A stretch of 64,000 nt of DNA from Camelus dromedarius (Eukaryota). The stretch lies in the NCBI RefSeq assembly GCF_036321535.1, contig NC_087436.1:119600001-119664000 (forward strand). The letters are read 5' to 3'. This document shows positions 24,828 through 37,660 of the stretch, one piece after another (positions within the stretch are counted from its first letter, which is position 1; each line of letters starts with the position of its first letter). Under the pieces are notes generated by a model, which was not told where the DNA came from, did no database searches, and worked only from the letters and a program-made list of their open reading frames with translations. Made by a program: the position numbers and the translations under genes.

Positions 24828-24846
24828 CTGCCAGCAGGGGGCAGTC
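24828..24846 (+). promoter_or_regulatory. CTCF core motif
   Basis: ctgCCAGCAGGGGGCAGtc; the core 24831-24844 matches CCASYAGRKGGCRS exactly. Confidence 0.6.
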
Positions 24847-27082
24847 GTCAGGGCCCTGAGGGCGGTGTTTGAGGAGGGTAGCAGGGCCTCCTCCCTGGAA
24901 GAGCCCTGGGGGGCCATCCCGTTGAGCGGCCTGTGAGAGAGGTCAGACCCCAGATGGGCAGCTGGAGCCCGCCCTTCATTACGTCCCAACGCTGGGCAGC
25001 AAACCACGTCGCGTGTACTGTAAGCTGTAACACAGGGACTGCGAGGAAACCCCGACGCAACACCAGTAACTCCAAGGAACACGTGATTGACAGTCAGTCC
25101 TGTAAAGCCCGAATATCTAAATCGCCCAGCTTCGGTGGGGAGGTGGTGGTGAAAGGAGAGAGAGACACTGAAGGGTGGGGACCAGCCTCTCAGGTGGGAC
25201 AAGCACCCTCAGGCCTCACTGACACCCAGCCCGCCCACCCCCATTCTGAGTGCAGAGCTTCCTTGGAGAGACTGAGGAGGGGTCTGGGCGGGAGGGGCTG
25301 GGGCACTGGGGGGCAGGGCCTGGTGGAAAGGAGCCCACCTGGCTTTGCTCCTTGGGGACAGTGGCTGAGCTTAGGGACTCCTCTGTGACTGTTTGCTGTT
25401 TACTGGGCAGGTGCATGGGTGGGGTGGGGTGGGGCTTGGAAGTGGGGACTATAAGAGGGGTTGCCGGCTTCTTTTTAGTGGCAGGTAGGAAGACCAGATC
25501 TGGAGAGGAGCTTTGACAGTTGCAGCTCTCCCCTGGTCACTGCAAAATGGGAGGCAAGGCTGACAGTGGAGAGCAGGGCGTGGCCTGGCACTCAGCAGAC
25601 ACTTTGGAGCGGAAGCCGAAGTACTTGTTGCTATTAGCAAGGGTCCGAGTCTGTGGGTGGGAGAAGGCCAGCCACCTGGAGATGCTGACTCAGGCTTTTG
25701 GCTCAAGCACCTCCTCCTCCCGCGTCCCGCCCCTGCTCACCCATTCTCTGGAATGGGAAGTTAGGGATACTGGAGCTCTCTCTGCAAAAGCGCATCATCC
25801 CTTGGCTTGGAGAGCAGGTGATGCTTTAAGACTTTCACTCGCCTGGGGAAAACTCAAGAGGAGTGAAAGCTGTAAGCAAGCGCCAAGTAAAACCATTTTT
25901 CGCATTGGTTATTCTGCGCATGGGTAGCATTGTTTTCTTGGCATGTGAAGTGTTTCAGAATCACCCTTTGCTCTCTCTGGCAGTCTCAGGGCCAAAGACT
26001 TTAGCCAGGATTCTGCACTTGGTTCACCTCCACTTTAAAGGACCATCTTTGAAAACTACAACAGAAAAGAAACGAACTTGAGACAGACTTGCTGAGCAGA
26101 GTCTTTTCAAAACTTTATTTCACTTAATTTGCTCAGGTATCTGGACCCGAGAAGCTACGCTCTGCGGATGTAGTCAGTGTGATCAGAGAAAGAGTTTACC
26201 ATGTCAGGTGTATTAAAAAAAAACATTTGGTGAGAGGGACCGACTTTTGAAAATGGTATTTTAGAGCATCTGCAGAAAGGAATTCAAGCTGGTTCCGAGA
26301 CAAGCCCCTGTCGCTGAGGCGCTGGGAACCTATGTGCGTTTTTCTTCCAAAGGCTTGGTTCCCTCCTGTTCCCCGTGGAGATAGGGAAGGCGGCTTGCTG
26401 GGAAGTCCAGACACTGCCTTTCTGTCTGACATTTAGCTGTAGAAACAAATTGTTAGGTGTGGAATTAAACGTTTCAATGAAACCAAGTGGCGTTACCTTT
26501 GATGGCTGCAGGACGGGTTGTGCTCAGAGGCTCCAGGTTCTGGGTCTCGAGGTGTGATCTGGAGGTGGATCCCAATGACAGAATACAGGTCTCTGCCTCT
26601 GGGGTCATGGTGTCCTGCTACCCCACTGGGAGTGTGCTGTGCCCTGTCCCAGTTTTACTGTTTCTGGGGAATCACGTGCTTAGGATACTTATTTTAAGTT
26701 CAGCTCACCTGCACTCCTTCCCTCACGGCACTGGAACTTCGCCTTTGATGCATCAATGGACGAGAACATGACTCCCCTGCAGCCGGGCCCAGTTTGTTCA
26801 GCTTTGTCTCTGTTAGTCTGTAGATCAGCACTGCCCACCTCCGCCCCAGCCCTTTTCCACACCTGCTCTGTGCTGTGTCTGTGGGCTTGGGGATGTTGGG
26901 GAGTTGTATGTAGCGATAATTCTGAGCTGACTATCCATGGTCTCTGCTCATGGATCTCCAGGAACCTAATATTTATATATATTTTATACCCAGAGAACCA
27001 GAGCTCTGAATCAGCGATGTGGAGCTTCTGAATTGGGTGATACCTAGTGCACTTGTCAGATGTCAAGTTCCTCGAGGGCAGG

Positions 27083-27423
27083 TGTGTTAGCCCCCTAGGG
27101 CCCCCATAACAAAGTGCCACAGACTGGAAGAATGCATTCTCTCACAGTTTTGGAGGCTGGATGTCCAAGATCAAGGGACCAGTAGGGTTGGTTCCTCCTG
27201 AGGCCTCTCTCCTTGGCTTATCGATGGCCGTCTCCTCTTTGTATCTGTTTCCCCATCTCTTCTTATAAGGACTCCAATCATACGGAATCAGGACCCACTC
27301 TAATGGCCTCATTTTACCTTAATCCCCTCTTTAAAGATCGCATTTCCATATACAGTCACATTCTAAGCCTGGGGGTTAGGCCTTAAATATATATAGGGGT
27401 AGGGGGAGAGTCAGCCTTTAGCA
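27083..27423 (-). mobile_element. MaLR solo LTR (MLT1A/B-like)
   Basis: 'tgtgttag...cataacaaagtgccacagactgg...cctcctgaggcctctctccttggct...cttcttataaggac...tacagtcacattct'. Confidence 0.75.
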
Positions 27424-29009
27424 GCAGGGAAGGGATCTCAGCTACCTTTGCATCTTCTGTGCTTAACACAGTGGAGCTCAGAGTAGTCCAGTAGGGAAAG
27501 AAGGGATGGACATGAACAGTTCTCAGTGGGGAAAATCAGGAAAGACTGCATGGAAGGGGTGGCATCAGGGAGGCCTCATAGAATGAGTCGAGGGCGCATA
27601 TGGGAGAGGAACATTCTAGGTGAGGAACTGCTTGAGCAAGGTCTGGGAGGTGGGAATCGGAGGGTATGTATGTGTTGGGCAAGGAGACAGTGAGTGCGTT
27701 GTGTGTGCATGCAGAGAAATCAGAGGGAAGAAGTTTGGAAAACATTGGTTGAAGTCATCTCCTAAAAGGTCCCAAACAGGACGCTGAAGAGCCCAGGATG
27801 GCAGTGCGGGTGGTGGCTATTGGTGCTTGAGCTTCGGAGCCTGCTCACCTGGATGGGTGCCCCGCCCTACTCCTTTTTGGCTCTGAGACTTGGGGCGGAT
27901 TGACTGAGCTCTCTGGGCCTCAGGCTTGGTCCTGGGGGACGTGAAGGCTCGCAGGTCTCTCTATTGTGAACGTTAGGTGGGATAATCCACGTAAAGTGCT
28001 TGAGCAGAGCCAGCCTGCAGCACGGGCTGTAGGTCACAGCGTTGGGCTGAATTTTGGCCAGCACCCTGGAGGCAGTGTGCTTGGCGGGGCTGGTGAGGGG
28101 CCGTGGAGGTGGGACCCTGCACAGGGGCTCAGAGGGGAGGCTGCTGCGATGGGGGGCCTGGTCCAGGGCCCTGGAGGGGCAGAGAGAGAGGGTGGGCGTG
28201 GGAGAGGTTTCAGGTGAGGACGGGCGGGGCGGGGTAGCTCCCTGCTCCGGAGGCCTCTCCTTCCTGGAGCAGCCCTGGCTTGGTGGCTCACGGCCAGCTT
28301 CCAGACCTGAGGCCATAAGGGCCTTCGTATAAAGCCCTTCAGGCTCCTGAATGAACCTGGTGACCCAGCTGATTTGCAGCCGCGCCTCTGATGGCTGTGG
28401 TTTGTGATGACAGCTCCACTCCACTCTTGCAGGCCAGCTTGGTGGCTCCAGGGTCTTACATGTAAGTCTGCTGAAATCGCCATGAGATATTTTGGAATTT
28501 CAGGCCACCACAGTGCGGGCCTCCCAGCGTTTTGGGGTGGGGACTGGATTGAAGAGAGCAGTCTGGTTCTCGGGTGGCTGAGCTGTGGCTGGTGGGCACC
28601 TGCCCAGATGAAGTGCTTCTCTGTCCTGGTGGCCTTCAGTGGCCACCGAGAGAGAGAGACAAAGGTCAAAGGATGTGGTGACCAGCACTGAGTGCCTGCC
28701 ACATTTGTGGTCAGGACGCCAGCTGTAGCAAGCCTGTCCGGGACCTTGGGGCTGGCGGCGGGACTGAGAGTGATGAGAGAGCGAGGGAAGCTGGTGTTGT
28801 TGGGCAGGTGATGGGCAGTGGAGACGTACGCTGGGTGGTCAGGGGTAGGGACGTCTCGGCGTGCGAGCCAGCGGTGTCGTACTTGGGGAGGCACCTAGGG
28901 TCTTCTGCACTCTCCCCGTGCCGGGAGAGATCACATGGAGTCTGAGAGCCCCAGGTGACAAGAGGCCTCACATCAGCCCTCACAGCAGCTGCTTTCTAAG
29001 AGGGTTTGT

Positions 29010-29280
29010 TAGGTGCTAGGGATACAGTGATGAGCAAAACCAGTTATGGCCCTGTCCTGGAGGGCCATTGGATCTGGACAGGAATTCATCACAGAATTCC
29101 AGTGGCCTAAGGATCTGTACTGGGGAGGTCAGGGAGGACTTCCTGGAGGAGGTGATGATTGAGCAGCTCCGAAGGATGAGTAAAGTCAGTGTCACCTGGG
29201 CTGAGGAAGAAGTTGGCATGGTGAGAGCATGAAGGCTGAGGGGGAGGCCTGGGGTTCTGAAAAGCCTGGAGCACTTGGCA
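29010..29280 (-). mobile_element. L2 fragment
   Basis: 'aggtgctagggatacagtgatgagcaaaacc...gtcagggaggacttcctggaggaggtgatg'. Confidence 0.55.
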
Positions 29281-29711
29281 GAGAAAGGACAGGTCGGTCC
29301 ATCAGGAAGCTTGGCTCAAAGACATAAAAACAGCCTTGTTAATAAAGTGCCTGAACACATGGCACAAATCTACTTTTACTTTAATGAAGTGGCTATTTAA
29401 TTTGTAGTTGGATAAGGGTTCCTGAGAGTGTTTTAAAGAGGTCGTAAATTAACTTCATTCTTCTGCACGCCCCTTCAGATTAGAATGCAGCTCAGTGCTT
29501 GCATAGGCCATATTTAGCATTACTGTCGTTTTTAAATTTTATTTTATGATTATTTGTCAGAGGCAGGCTAAGACCCACGAGAATGACACCGGGGAGCACA
29601 GAGCTGCCGCGATTAGAACACATGTTGGCGTAATGCTGAGTATCCCAGTGTCATTTCCAGTTCAGGGAGACCTGGAGGGGGAGCTTGTAAACTCCCTTCC
29701 GTTTCGAGGCT

Positions 29712-29862
29712 TCCTCTTTTCTTTTCTTTTCTTTTTTTGTTTTCTTTTTTTTTCTTTTCTTTCTTTTTTCTTTCCTTCCTTCCTTCCTTCCTTCTTTCCT
29801 TCTTTCTTTCTCTCTCTCCTTCTCTCTCCCTCTCTCTCTTTCTCTCTTTCTTTCTTTTCTTT
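29712..29862. repeat. Compound polypyrimidine microsatellite (TTTC/TTCC/TC)n
   Basis: About 150 bp almost purely C/T on the + strand. Confidence 0.9.
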
Positions 29863-31270
29863 CTAGCATCCAAAGAATGAGTTATTTACAGATTCTTACT
29901 AGTGACCTGTTTTGCCCTCACCCTCCTACTTTGCACTGCTTTATGGAGCGCAGAGGGATGCTGATGACCCGAGAAGCCAGCTGTTCCTGCCCCTGTTCCT
30001 GGCCAACTTCTGCCCAGGTTTGGAAGCCCAGGGAGCGGGGGAGCCCTGGCTCTCCTTGTGGATGTGGTGAGGTCTCCATCTACAGCATCTGGAAGGCAAG
30101 GCGTGCCTGGGAGTCTGTTCCCAGCCTGCTTTTGCTGTGGGAATCCATCCTTGTCCTGGGTGTGAGCTTGGATGAGCTTGGATTCTGGGCAGAGAAGTGC
30201 CATGTAAACATACACCCGTGGCTCTTCCGGTTCCACGGAGTGGACGGTGGGGATTGCCAATGCCCCACCCCTGCCCCGTGCAAGTTCCCACGGGCCATCC
30301 CTGACCTGCTCCGCTGGGTTGAAAAGCACAGACTCAGGCAGCCTCTCCGGGGGAGCTGCTGACTGACAAAGCCCCAGGATGGGGACTTCGCAGATCGAGT
30401 AGTGTGCCCTCTTTATCCCGATGAAGCTCTGTTTGTTGCTTTAAACGTTTAATAGGGATGCTTGAAGGTGAGCTTTCACTGGAGAACTGGAAAAAATAAA
30501 AGAATGAAAGCTCCAATGAGCTTCTGAGGTGGAAAAGTTCCTTCTTCATTTGCATTTTTGTAGCAGTTACTGTATTTGCACAGAAAATTACCATCATTTA
30601 ATTAGTTTCTTCTCACACCAGCTCAAAGATCTTAAAATAACAGCACCCTCCTTCCTTAGTGATTTTCTTGCAAAAGCAGATAATTTCCTGCAACGTGGAG
30701 CTCCCCTTGACTCCAACGGGCTCATCTCTTGCACCAGGCCATTTCCTGATGTGCCGAGATAAATGGAGTTCAAATTAAAGTAAGAAAAGAGCCACGCCGA
30801 GGGTGGCTGCTTCTATTCAGATCAGTTTTAATTCGGAAAGGATTCGTTATGAGGTTTCCGTGCCGCACAGATTTCTGAAGCGTCAGAAGCAGAGATAGCA
30901 TCACCCAGGCCTTCTAGCTGGAGAGACGTGGCATTTAGGGTCACCTCCAGGCTGCTGCTTCGGGGGTCATTTTATCTTATAAAACAATTTCTCATTATTC
31001 ACGTATTGCGCCTGATGAGTAGTGGCCAAGTTAATGGTCACAGTCCCCGTTTGTGTGGCCGTTGCTGTGCCAAGCGCATCACAAGCGTTCACTCGCAGAG
31101 CCCCGGAAGCAGTCCTGCAGAGTAGATACGATTCTTATATTCAATGTACGGACGGGGAAAATAAGGTTCACAGCTAATAAGGGTCTGAGATGTGATTTCA
31201 CTCTTGAGCCTGAGTGCTGTTATTATTTTTTTTTAGTGCAAGAAATATTTTTATTCTTTTGTCCTTTATT

Positions 31271-31815
31271 ATTATTTTTTTAGTGGCAGTAAAATACAAA
31301 TAACTTAAAATTTGCCCTCTTAACCACTTTTAAGTGTGCAGTTCAGCGGCGGTAAGTGCATTCACATTGCTGTGCAGCCGTCACCACCATCATCCCCGGA
31401 ACTTTTTCTTCTTCCCAAACTGAAACTCTGCCCCCATTAAACACCAACCCTCTCTAGGAACCATTATTCTACTTCTGTCTGTGAATTCGACTGTTTTAGG
31501 GAACTCGTATCAAATGGTATTTGTCCCTTTGTGACGGGCTTATTTCACTTGGCATGGTGTCTTCAAGGTTTGGCCGTGTTGGAGCAGGTGTCAGAATGAA
31601 CTGCTTTCTTTTTCACTGTGTGGATGGACCACGTTTGTCTACCATCCATCCGTCTGCAACCCTGGGGCTGCTCCCACCTCCCTGCTATTGTGAACAGTTC
31701 TGTTACGGACATGGGGGTTCAAATGTCTGTTCAAGTCCCTGCTTTCACTTCTTCTGGGTGTATACCCCAAAGTGGAATTGCCGGATCGCATGCTAATTTG
31801 GTGTTAATTTTTTGA
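31271..31815 (-). mobile_element. L1 3' fragment (L1MA/MB-type)
   Basis: 'taaaatacaaataacttaaaatttgccctcttaaccacttttaagtgtgcagttcag...cttatttcacttggcatggtgtcttcaagg...aagtggaattgccggatc'. Confidence 0.8.
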
Positions 31816-34800
31816 TTGAGCCTGAGGTCTTAACTAGAGCAGAAGTCACTCTTGTGTCTGCCTTGAGTTTTGCCCGTTTACCAATTAGTCGCTTAGTTGT
31901 AATTCCCAAGGAAATCCGCTGCCATCTGGTTTTGGAAGAGAAAAAGTTACAGCGCTAAGGGCCATCCTGTACCTGGAAGGGACACAGCAGGGAGACCTTG
32001 CAGGGAGAGTGGCTTTTGCTTCTGGTTCCAGCTGATGCGCCCCCCCCCCCCCCCGCTCCATTCTGCCACGTGTGACCCAAGGAAAGGGGGCTGCTTTGGA
32101 GCCCAGGAAATCCAGATCTGTCACCACTGGAAAGTCAGAAATAGGCTGGCAGGTCCCACACCAGACTAGGGGTGGGAGAGAAAGTCGTCCAGGGAGGTGT
32201 GGTCTGGAGCTGCTGCCTTTCCTCAGGTTAACTCTTTGTATATCAAGTTCAAGTGCACTTCACTTCCTTCCCGGCTTTTAACCACTTTTCCCTACTGACT
32301 ACCTCATTGACCAGTTAAGCAATTGAATGTTCACTCCGTAAAAATAAAGTACTCAATAAAAAATCTTATGTTTTTCTTCATTTATTCCATCAGTGCTGCT
32401 TAACCCCTTCCAAGTTTATTTTCTGATGTATCACTGGACGGTTGAGGGGCTTGGGGAGTTAATTTCATTCCTGCAGCCACTCTTCATCTGTGATTGGAGG
32501 TGGTGATCTGTGCCTTGCTGCGTGTCAGCAGTACAGGCTGTCCCGGACACACACCCGGGGGCTTCCTGGCTCCCAGGACCCCCCTTCCTGGACAAGGGTG
32601 CTTAGATCTCTCTGTGCCATAGACTCCCCCCAACCCCGAGTCCAGAGAAGCCTCTCTCAGAATGTAGTTTTTATAATCAGAGTAACATACAATGTGTAGG
32701 ATTAAAAGGAAATCAGGTCTATGGCAATGTAGTTACCAAAACATTAAAACCAATTTCTTTAGTAACACATTGACAAGAGTCTGCAGCAAGCGTGATGATA
32801 CCATGATTTGAAGTTGCGATGAGTCTGAACGACATTTCGAGGCTGGCAACAACTCTCACCGGCCCTGGAAAACCCCTGTGATTTCTGCTGGTGACAAAGA
32901 CCCTGGTACTGATGACGCCACTGTGACTTGTTGGGGCTTTTAAATAGCCTCCCTGGCCCCAGCCTCGTTTCACTCACGTGAAACACAACACAACCCCCAG
33001 GAGATGGTTGGCTCAGCTTTTCAACAAAGGTGAATGACTCTGGGTGCGTTTAAACACGGAGGAGCATTCCTGGCGAGAGCAGCTCGAGGGAACCTGGGAA
33101 GGTTGGCTTTCCAATGGGTGGCTTTCCAAGTGTCACTCGCTTGGTCGCTCGTTCGATTGTCCATCTGTCAAGCCTTTTGAGGGTTTCTTCCTGGCCAGCC
33201 TCACAGGGGTATCCAGGTTCTGACGTCTCCCCTGGGGGAGAGCTCCCCAAAATGGCTTTTTTGGGGTCCATGTCACCTTTGTTCTGTGTCTGTGAATGTC
33301 TTTTCTTCAAAGTCAGTCAGCATATTACCTTTTTAAAACTTGAAAAGATGCCACCTTTGGAGCTGTGGCTGGGGGCTCACATCCTCCCCTTACATTGGTG
33401 ACCCTGAGGGGCTGAGGGATGCCCGGCTCCGAGCTCAGGCCAGGGCCCCACTGATGTGCTGGGGGTGGTGCCCACCGGTGCGGAAGGGTCTGGGCTCCTG
33501 GGGTGGGTGGGATTCCCAGGCCCTTCTGGGCCTCTGTTTCCTCATCGGAAAGGGGCTGATGGGACCTGCCCCACCACATGGAGGTGAGGCCGAGGGGGTG
33601 AAGGTGCAGGAAGCGCCTGGACCCCGACTCCAGCTGGCCCCCTACTCATCAACAATGCAGTTTTTGTCAGTGCCCTTGGGGCTTGGCCTGAACTGGCATT
33701 TGCCCCAGAGTGTTTCAGAGAGGCTTTTGCAGAGGTTGAGTTGTTCAATGATGGCGAGTTATAGAGAAACTGCTCCGGCCAGACCCTCTGCCAGGTGGAT
33801 GAAGCATGGTCCCTGCCTGGTGAGACCTGATGACCTGGGGACACAAGGACACGGGCAGGTGGGAGGGATGCTGTGAAGAAATTCACAAGTGATGGGGGTC
33901 TCTAACTGGGGTAGGGGAAGCAAGGGCCCCAGTGAGCTGGTGGTCAGGGAGGGTGTCCCAAAGAGGGTGGCATTTTTGGGAGGTCTAGAGGGTGACCTTA
34001 GCAATGCTGCACAGGGCGGCCGCAGGGGAGCCCTCAGGGAAGGCACCCTGGTTCTTGGCGCCCCCTCCTTCCCTCCCTCCCTCCCTCTGTCCGCCATCCT
34101 GCTCTGGACCCAGGAGTGTCTGGGATGGTGGCTCTGCTGCTCAGGGCTGCCTGGCCTCCCCAGTCAAGTCTCACTGAGCCTGGCACCCAGTGAGCGTCAG
34201 CTCCTCTTAGTCCAGGAAGGGGGTCCAAGCATCCGCCATCAGCCGACACGCATCGGCCATTCCTGAGCCCACAGTGAGAGAGGCGTTTTGGAAGGCTCTT
34301 CCAGGAGCTCCCGCTGCTCCTCAGAATGCCTGGAATTTTATAGCAGGGCTGAGCCAGGGCCACAAACTCACTGTACCAGAAAATTCACGTGTCTATGTTT
34401 TTTTCTTAAGTCAGTAAATTCTGACTTTGTGTCCTTACCCTCCTGTCCGGAACAACTGAACCACCCTGCCCTCTGCCAAGACTCCCTGCCTGGAGAAACC
34501 TGGGAAGACTTCCTAGAGGTGGTGACAAGGAGAGGGGGGAAGGAGGGCATCCAGGTAGTGGGAACAGCAGGGCAAATATCGGGCCTGTGGTGCAGCTTCG
34601 TGAGTTTGGGAATTGGGAGTGGGGAGAAGAACCCAGAAGGGAGGGGCCCTGGTGGAGGAGCCAGGCAGGGACACTGGGATGGTCACTTCCCTCACATTTG
34701 TCATGATACCTTCTAAAAGGTGTGGATCATCCACCTGAGATTCCACCAAGTGCATGCGCATCCCGGATCATTAAGAGGGAAGTGGGTGTGAGGAGGTGGA

Positions 34801-35309
34801 GGGGGCCTGGGCGAGTGGCTAAGACTCAGCTAACCCTTAATCCCTTTTATTCTTGCTCAACCTGGAAGAAAATGTCATGGCAATTTTTTATAGTCATGCA
34901 AGTATGTAGTGAATGTTATCGGGTATCTGTTTCTGCCTAATTCTATCAAGAACGTTCCCAGTGGCCTGTGCAGGCAGATTCCCTCCAGAGCCCTGAATCT
35001 CTGGCCACCCTGTAGAAGCCCCTGTTCCCCCAGTGGGGGAGAGTAATTCTCATGGAAAGAAGAGGAGGGGCAGAGTTTGGGGGGCTCCAGGAGTAAGGGC
35101 TCCTGTCACTCAGCCCGCTGGGGCCGTCCCCTCCCAGCCTTTAACGGGCAGCGTTGTTCACACCGTGCGTCCCCACGAAGCTGTGTGTGGGCCGACTGGT
35201 CGGGTCTTCCTGGTTCGGTTTAAGGTTACAGGGTGGAGTGCATTTTCCCATTTCCTGCCGTTCCCACGGCTCCTGTAATGTGGTGCACAGAAGGGGGTGT
35301 GTGAAGCAA

Positions 35310-35720
35310 GGTTGTTGGTCACAAGTCACAGAAACCCGGCTCCAACTAGCTTAAGTGAAAAAGTGGAATCATAGACTTGCAGATCCAGAAAGTCCAGGGT
35401 TCTGACTTCAGGCGTGGCTGGCTCCAGGGGCCGCAGGTGCGGTCCCTCAGCCTCTGTCTCTGTCTCTGGGCTCTGCTTCCCTGTGTATTGGTCTCTTTCT
35501 CAGGACAGCCCCCCCCCCCCCCCCCAGGACATGGCTCCTGGAAAATCTGAGGCTAAAGAACACTGCTGTCCACCGGTATTCCCAGTGGAAGTCCAGAACT
35601 GAGACCCAGTGACTGGTAGGGTTACCTCCCGGCTCTGAACCCATCATCTTGGCCAGAGGTCTGAAATGCTGGTTGTCAGGCCAGGACCCCATGCTCAACT
35701 GTGGACCCAGTAGGACCCTG
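35310..35720 (-). mobile_element. Old MaLR LTR fragment (MLT1J/K-like) containing a C17 run
   Basis: 'acaagtcacagaaacccggctccaactagcttaag...ctgacttcaggcgtggctggctccaggggc...ctgaacccatcatcttggccagagg'. Confidence 0.55.
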
Positions 35721-37416
35721 CAGAGGACACCGGGGAGGGGGTGGTTAGAGGGCTGGGCAGCAGCCTTGCTCTCTCCCAGCTTTCTTGTTGGAGGGTCATC
35801 CTTCCACCTTGGGAGGACACTCATGGCTACCAGATGATGTCCCCTCCCTTCCCCCAGTGCCCTGCACTCCTAGAGGGGTCAGTTCTGTAATGCGTGATTT
35901 CGACCAAGTCAAGGCCAAAACAGCTCCTCGCTTCTGCTTTGGATGCTGTGCTGAATGGTGAAGCCCCCCAGCCTGTCAGCTCCGCTGGGGACCACCCCCA
36001 CATCCACACGGCTCCCAAGTAAGGAGGCCCCTGCTATGTGGCCTGTGCTCGCCTCCCTGGAGCCTGTGCACTCCTTCATGGGGTGAATGTTTCCTGGGAC
36101 ACTGATCCTTGTGCCTGGATGGGGGGTGCCAGAGGACGGCCCAGGCAGGCTGGAGGCGACCCTCAGATGGTAACATGGATGGAAGGCTGTCAGGGAAGTG
36201 GGGCGGGGACTGGCGTGGTTGTCCTAGCCTGGAGCCGGGGGACCCTGCGCTCCCCCTCATAAGCTGTGATCTGAGTCTCTCAGCACCTATGCTTCCAAGA
36301 TCTCAACCCAAAGAAGCCAGGAGCCATTGAGTCAAATCAGGGGACATGGGTGTCGCAAGGCATCTTAGAGGCCTCATTTTACAGATAAGAAAACTGAGGC
36401 CCTGGGAGGTTGAATGGTTTGAACAGAGTCCAGAGTTGTGGGCGGCAGAGCAGGGTCTAGACCAAGACTGCAGGTTCCCAGGCCAGGGCCCTTTCCAGAG
36501 GGAGACCCAGAGAGCCTGTGGGACCTGGGAGAGCCAGGCCTGGCTGAATCTCTAGGGACCGGGGTGGCTGGAGCAGCCTTGAAGCGCTTTTATTTCACAT
36601 CCCTACCCCTGAGCTGTGAAGTTCCCCGCAGTGAGCGAGCCATGGGTCGGGCTGGATTCCCTCTGTCAGGAAATCGGCTGTGAGTCTTTGTTTTGGTGCC
36701 TTTGCCTCCAGTCTCCGGCCCTGGGTGTCTGACAAGAGTTGTAGAAGGTGAATCACAGATGGGTCCCCTCTTGTTTTCGAGAAGGAAGCCAGCCAGTGCT
36801 CACAGCTCCTTCTGCCACAAAAACAGCTGTTGGGTGGGAAGGCTCTCTGGGCAGATTCATTCAGCAAACGCCACGTGGGCACCTGCTGTGTACAGGGTGG
36901 TCGCCAACAAGGAGCCCTGGCGTGGAGTTAGAGGTCTCAGAGTTTCCAGGGTGCTCAGAGGTCACTGAGTCCCAGCTGGGATCCTTCCAGCAGTGGGAGG
37001 CTCACCCCCTTCCTGAGACGGCACATTCCAGGGTGTCTGGACTTGCCGAGAGCCGCTGAGGTCAGCACCGAGTCAGAGTTGTGCTAGAAGGTGATGTTGC
37101 AAGCAGGGCGTGTCATCTGGTGGACGCGAAGGATGCCTGTCTTTGCTGGCTGGGTGCTGGGCTGCAAGCCTGTTCGAGGCCCGAACTTCAGGGAGAGCGG
37201 GGGTGATGCCAAGCACTGCTGAGTGGCCCCAGCCTGCCTCCACCTGATGGCAAACATTAGAAAGCAGAGGTGAAGGCGAGATCAGCTTGCCTTGTCTTCG
37301 TGGATGGTGAGCACTGCTCACCAGTGGAAACCCAGCCCAGGACCCATCCACCTGGGGCCGGTAGGGGTGGGCAGAGGGGTGGATCTGTGGCTCGGGCCCT
37401 TCACCCACGTCTCCCT

Positions 37417-37660
37417 GCGTCAGTCCCTCCTTGGAGGCTGTAACAAACAACACAGACTTGGTGGCTGAGAACCGCATAGCTGTATCCTCGTATGGTTCTG
37501 GAGGTCAGAAGTCCAAAGTCAGTCTCAATGGGCTGAAGTCCATGTGTGGGCAGAGCTGGTTCCTTCCAGAGACTCCAGGGGAGAATCCGTTTCCTGGCCT
37601 TTGGCAGTTTCTCGAGGCTCCCGCACTCCTTGGCTGGAGGACCCCTCCTTCTCAGGTCCT
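37417..37660 (-). mobile_element. MaLR LTR fragment (MLT1C/D-like)
   Basis: 'ggctgtaacaaacaacacagacttggtggct...ttctggaggtcagaagtccaaa...ggggagaatccgtttcctggcct'. Confidence 0.7.

Noticed and set aside
28034..28894. 286-aa minus-strand ORF (likewise 49384-50130 and 55381-56031)
   Set aside because: Composition typical of non-coding GC-rich DNA; no homology that I can recognise.
32040..35525. Homopolymer C runs (C15 at 32040-32054, C17 at 35509-35525)
   Set aside because: Simple slippage tracts whose lengths are unreliable in assemblies; no further structure.
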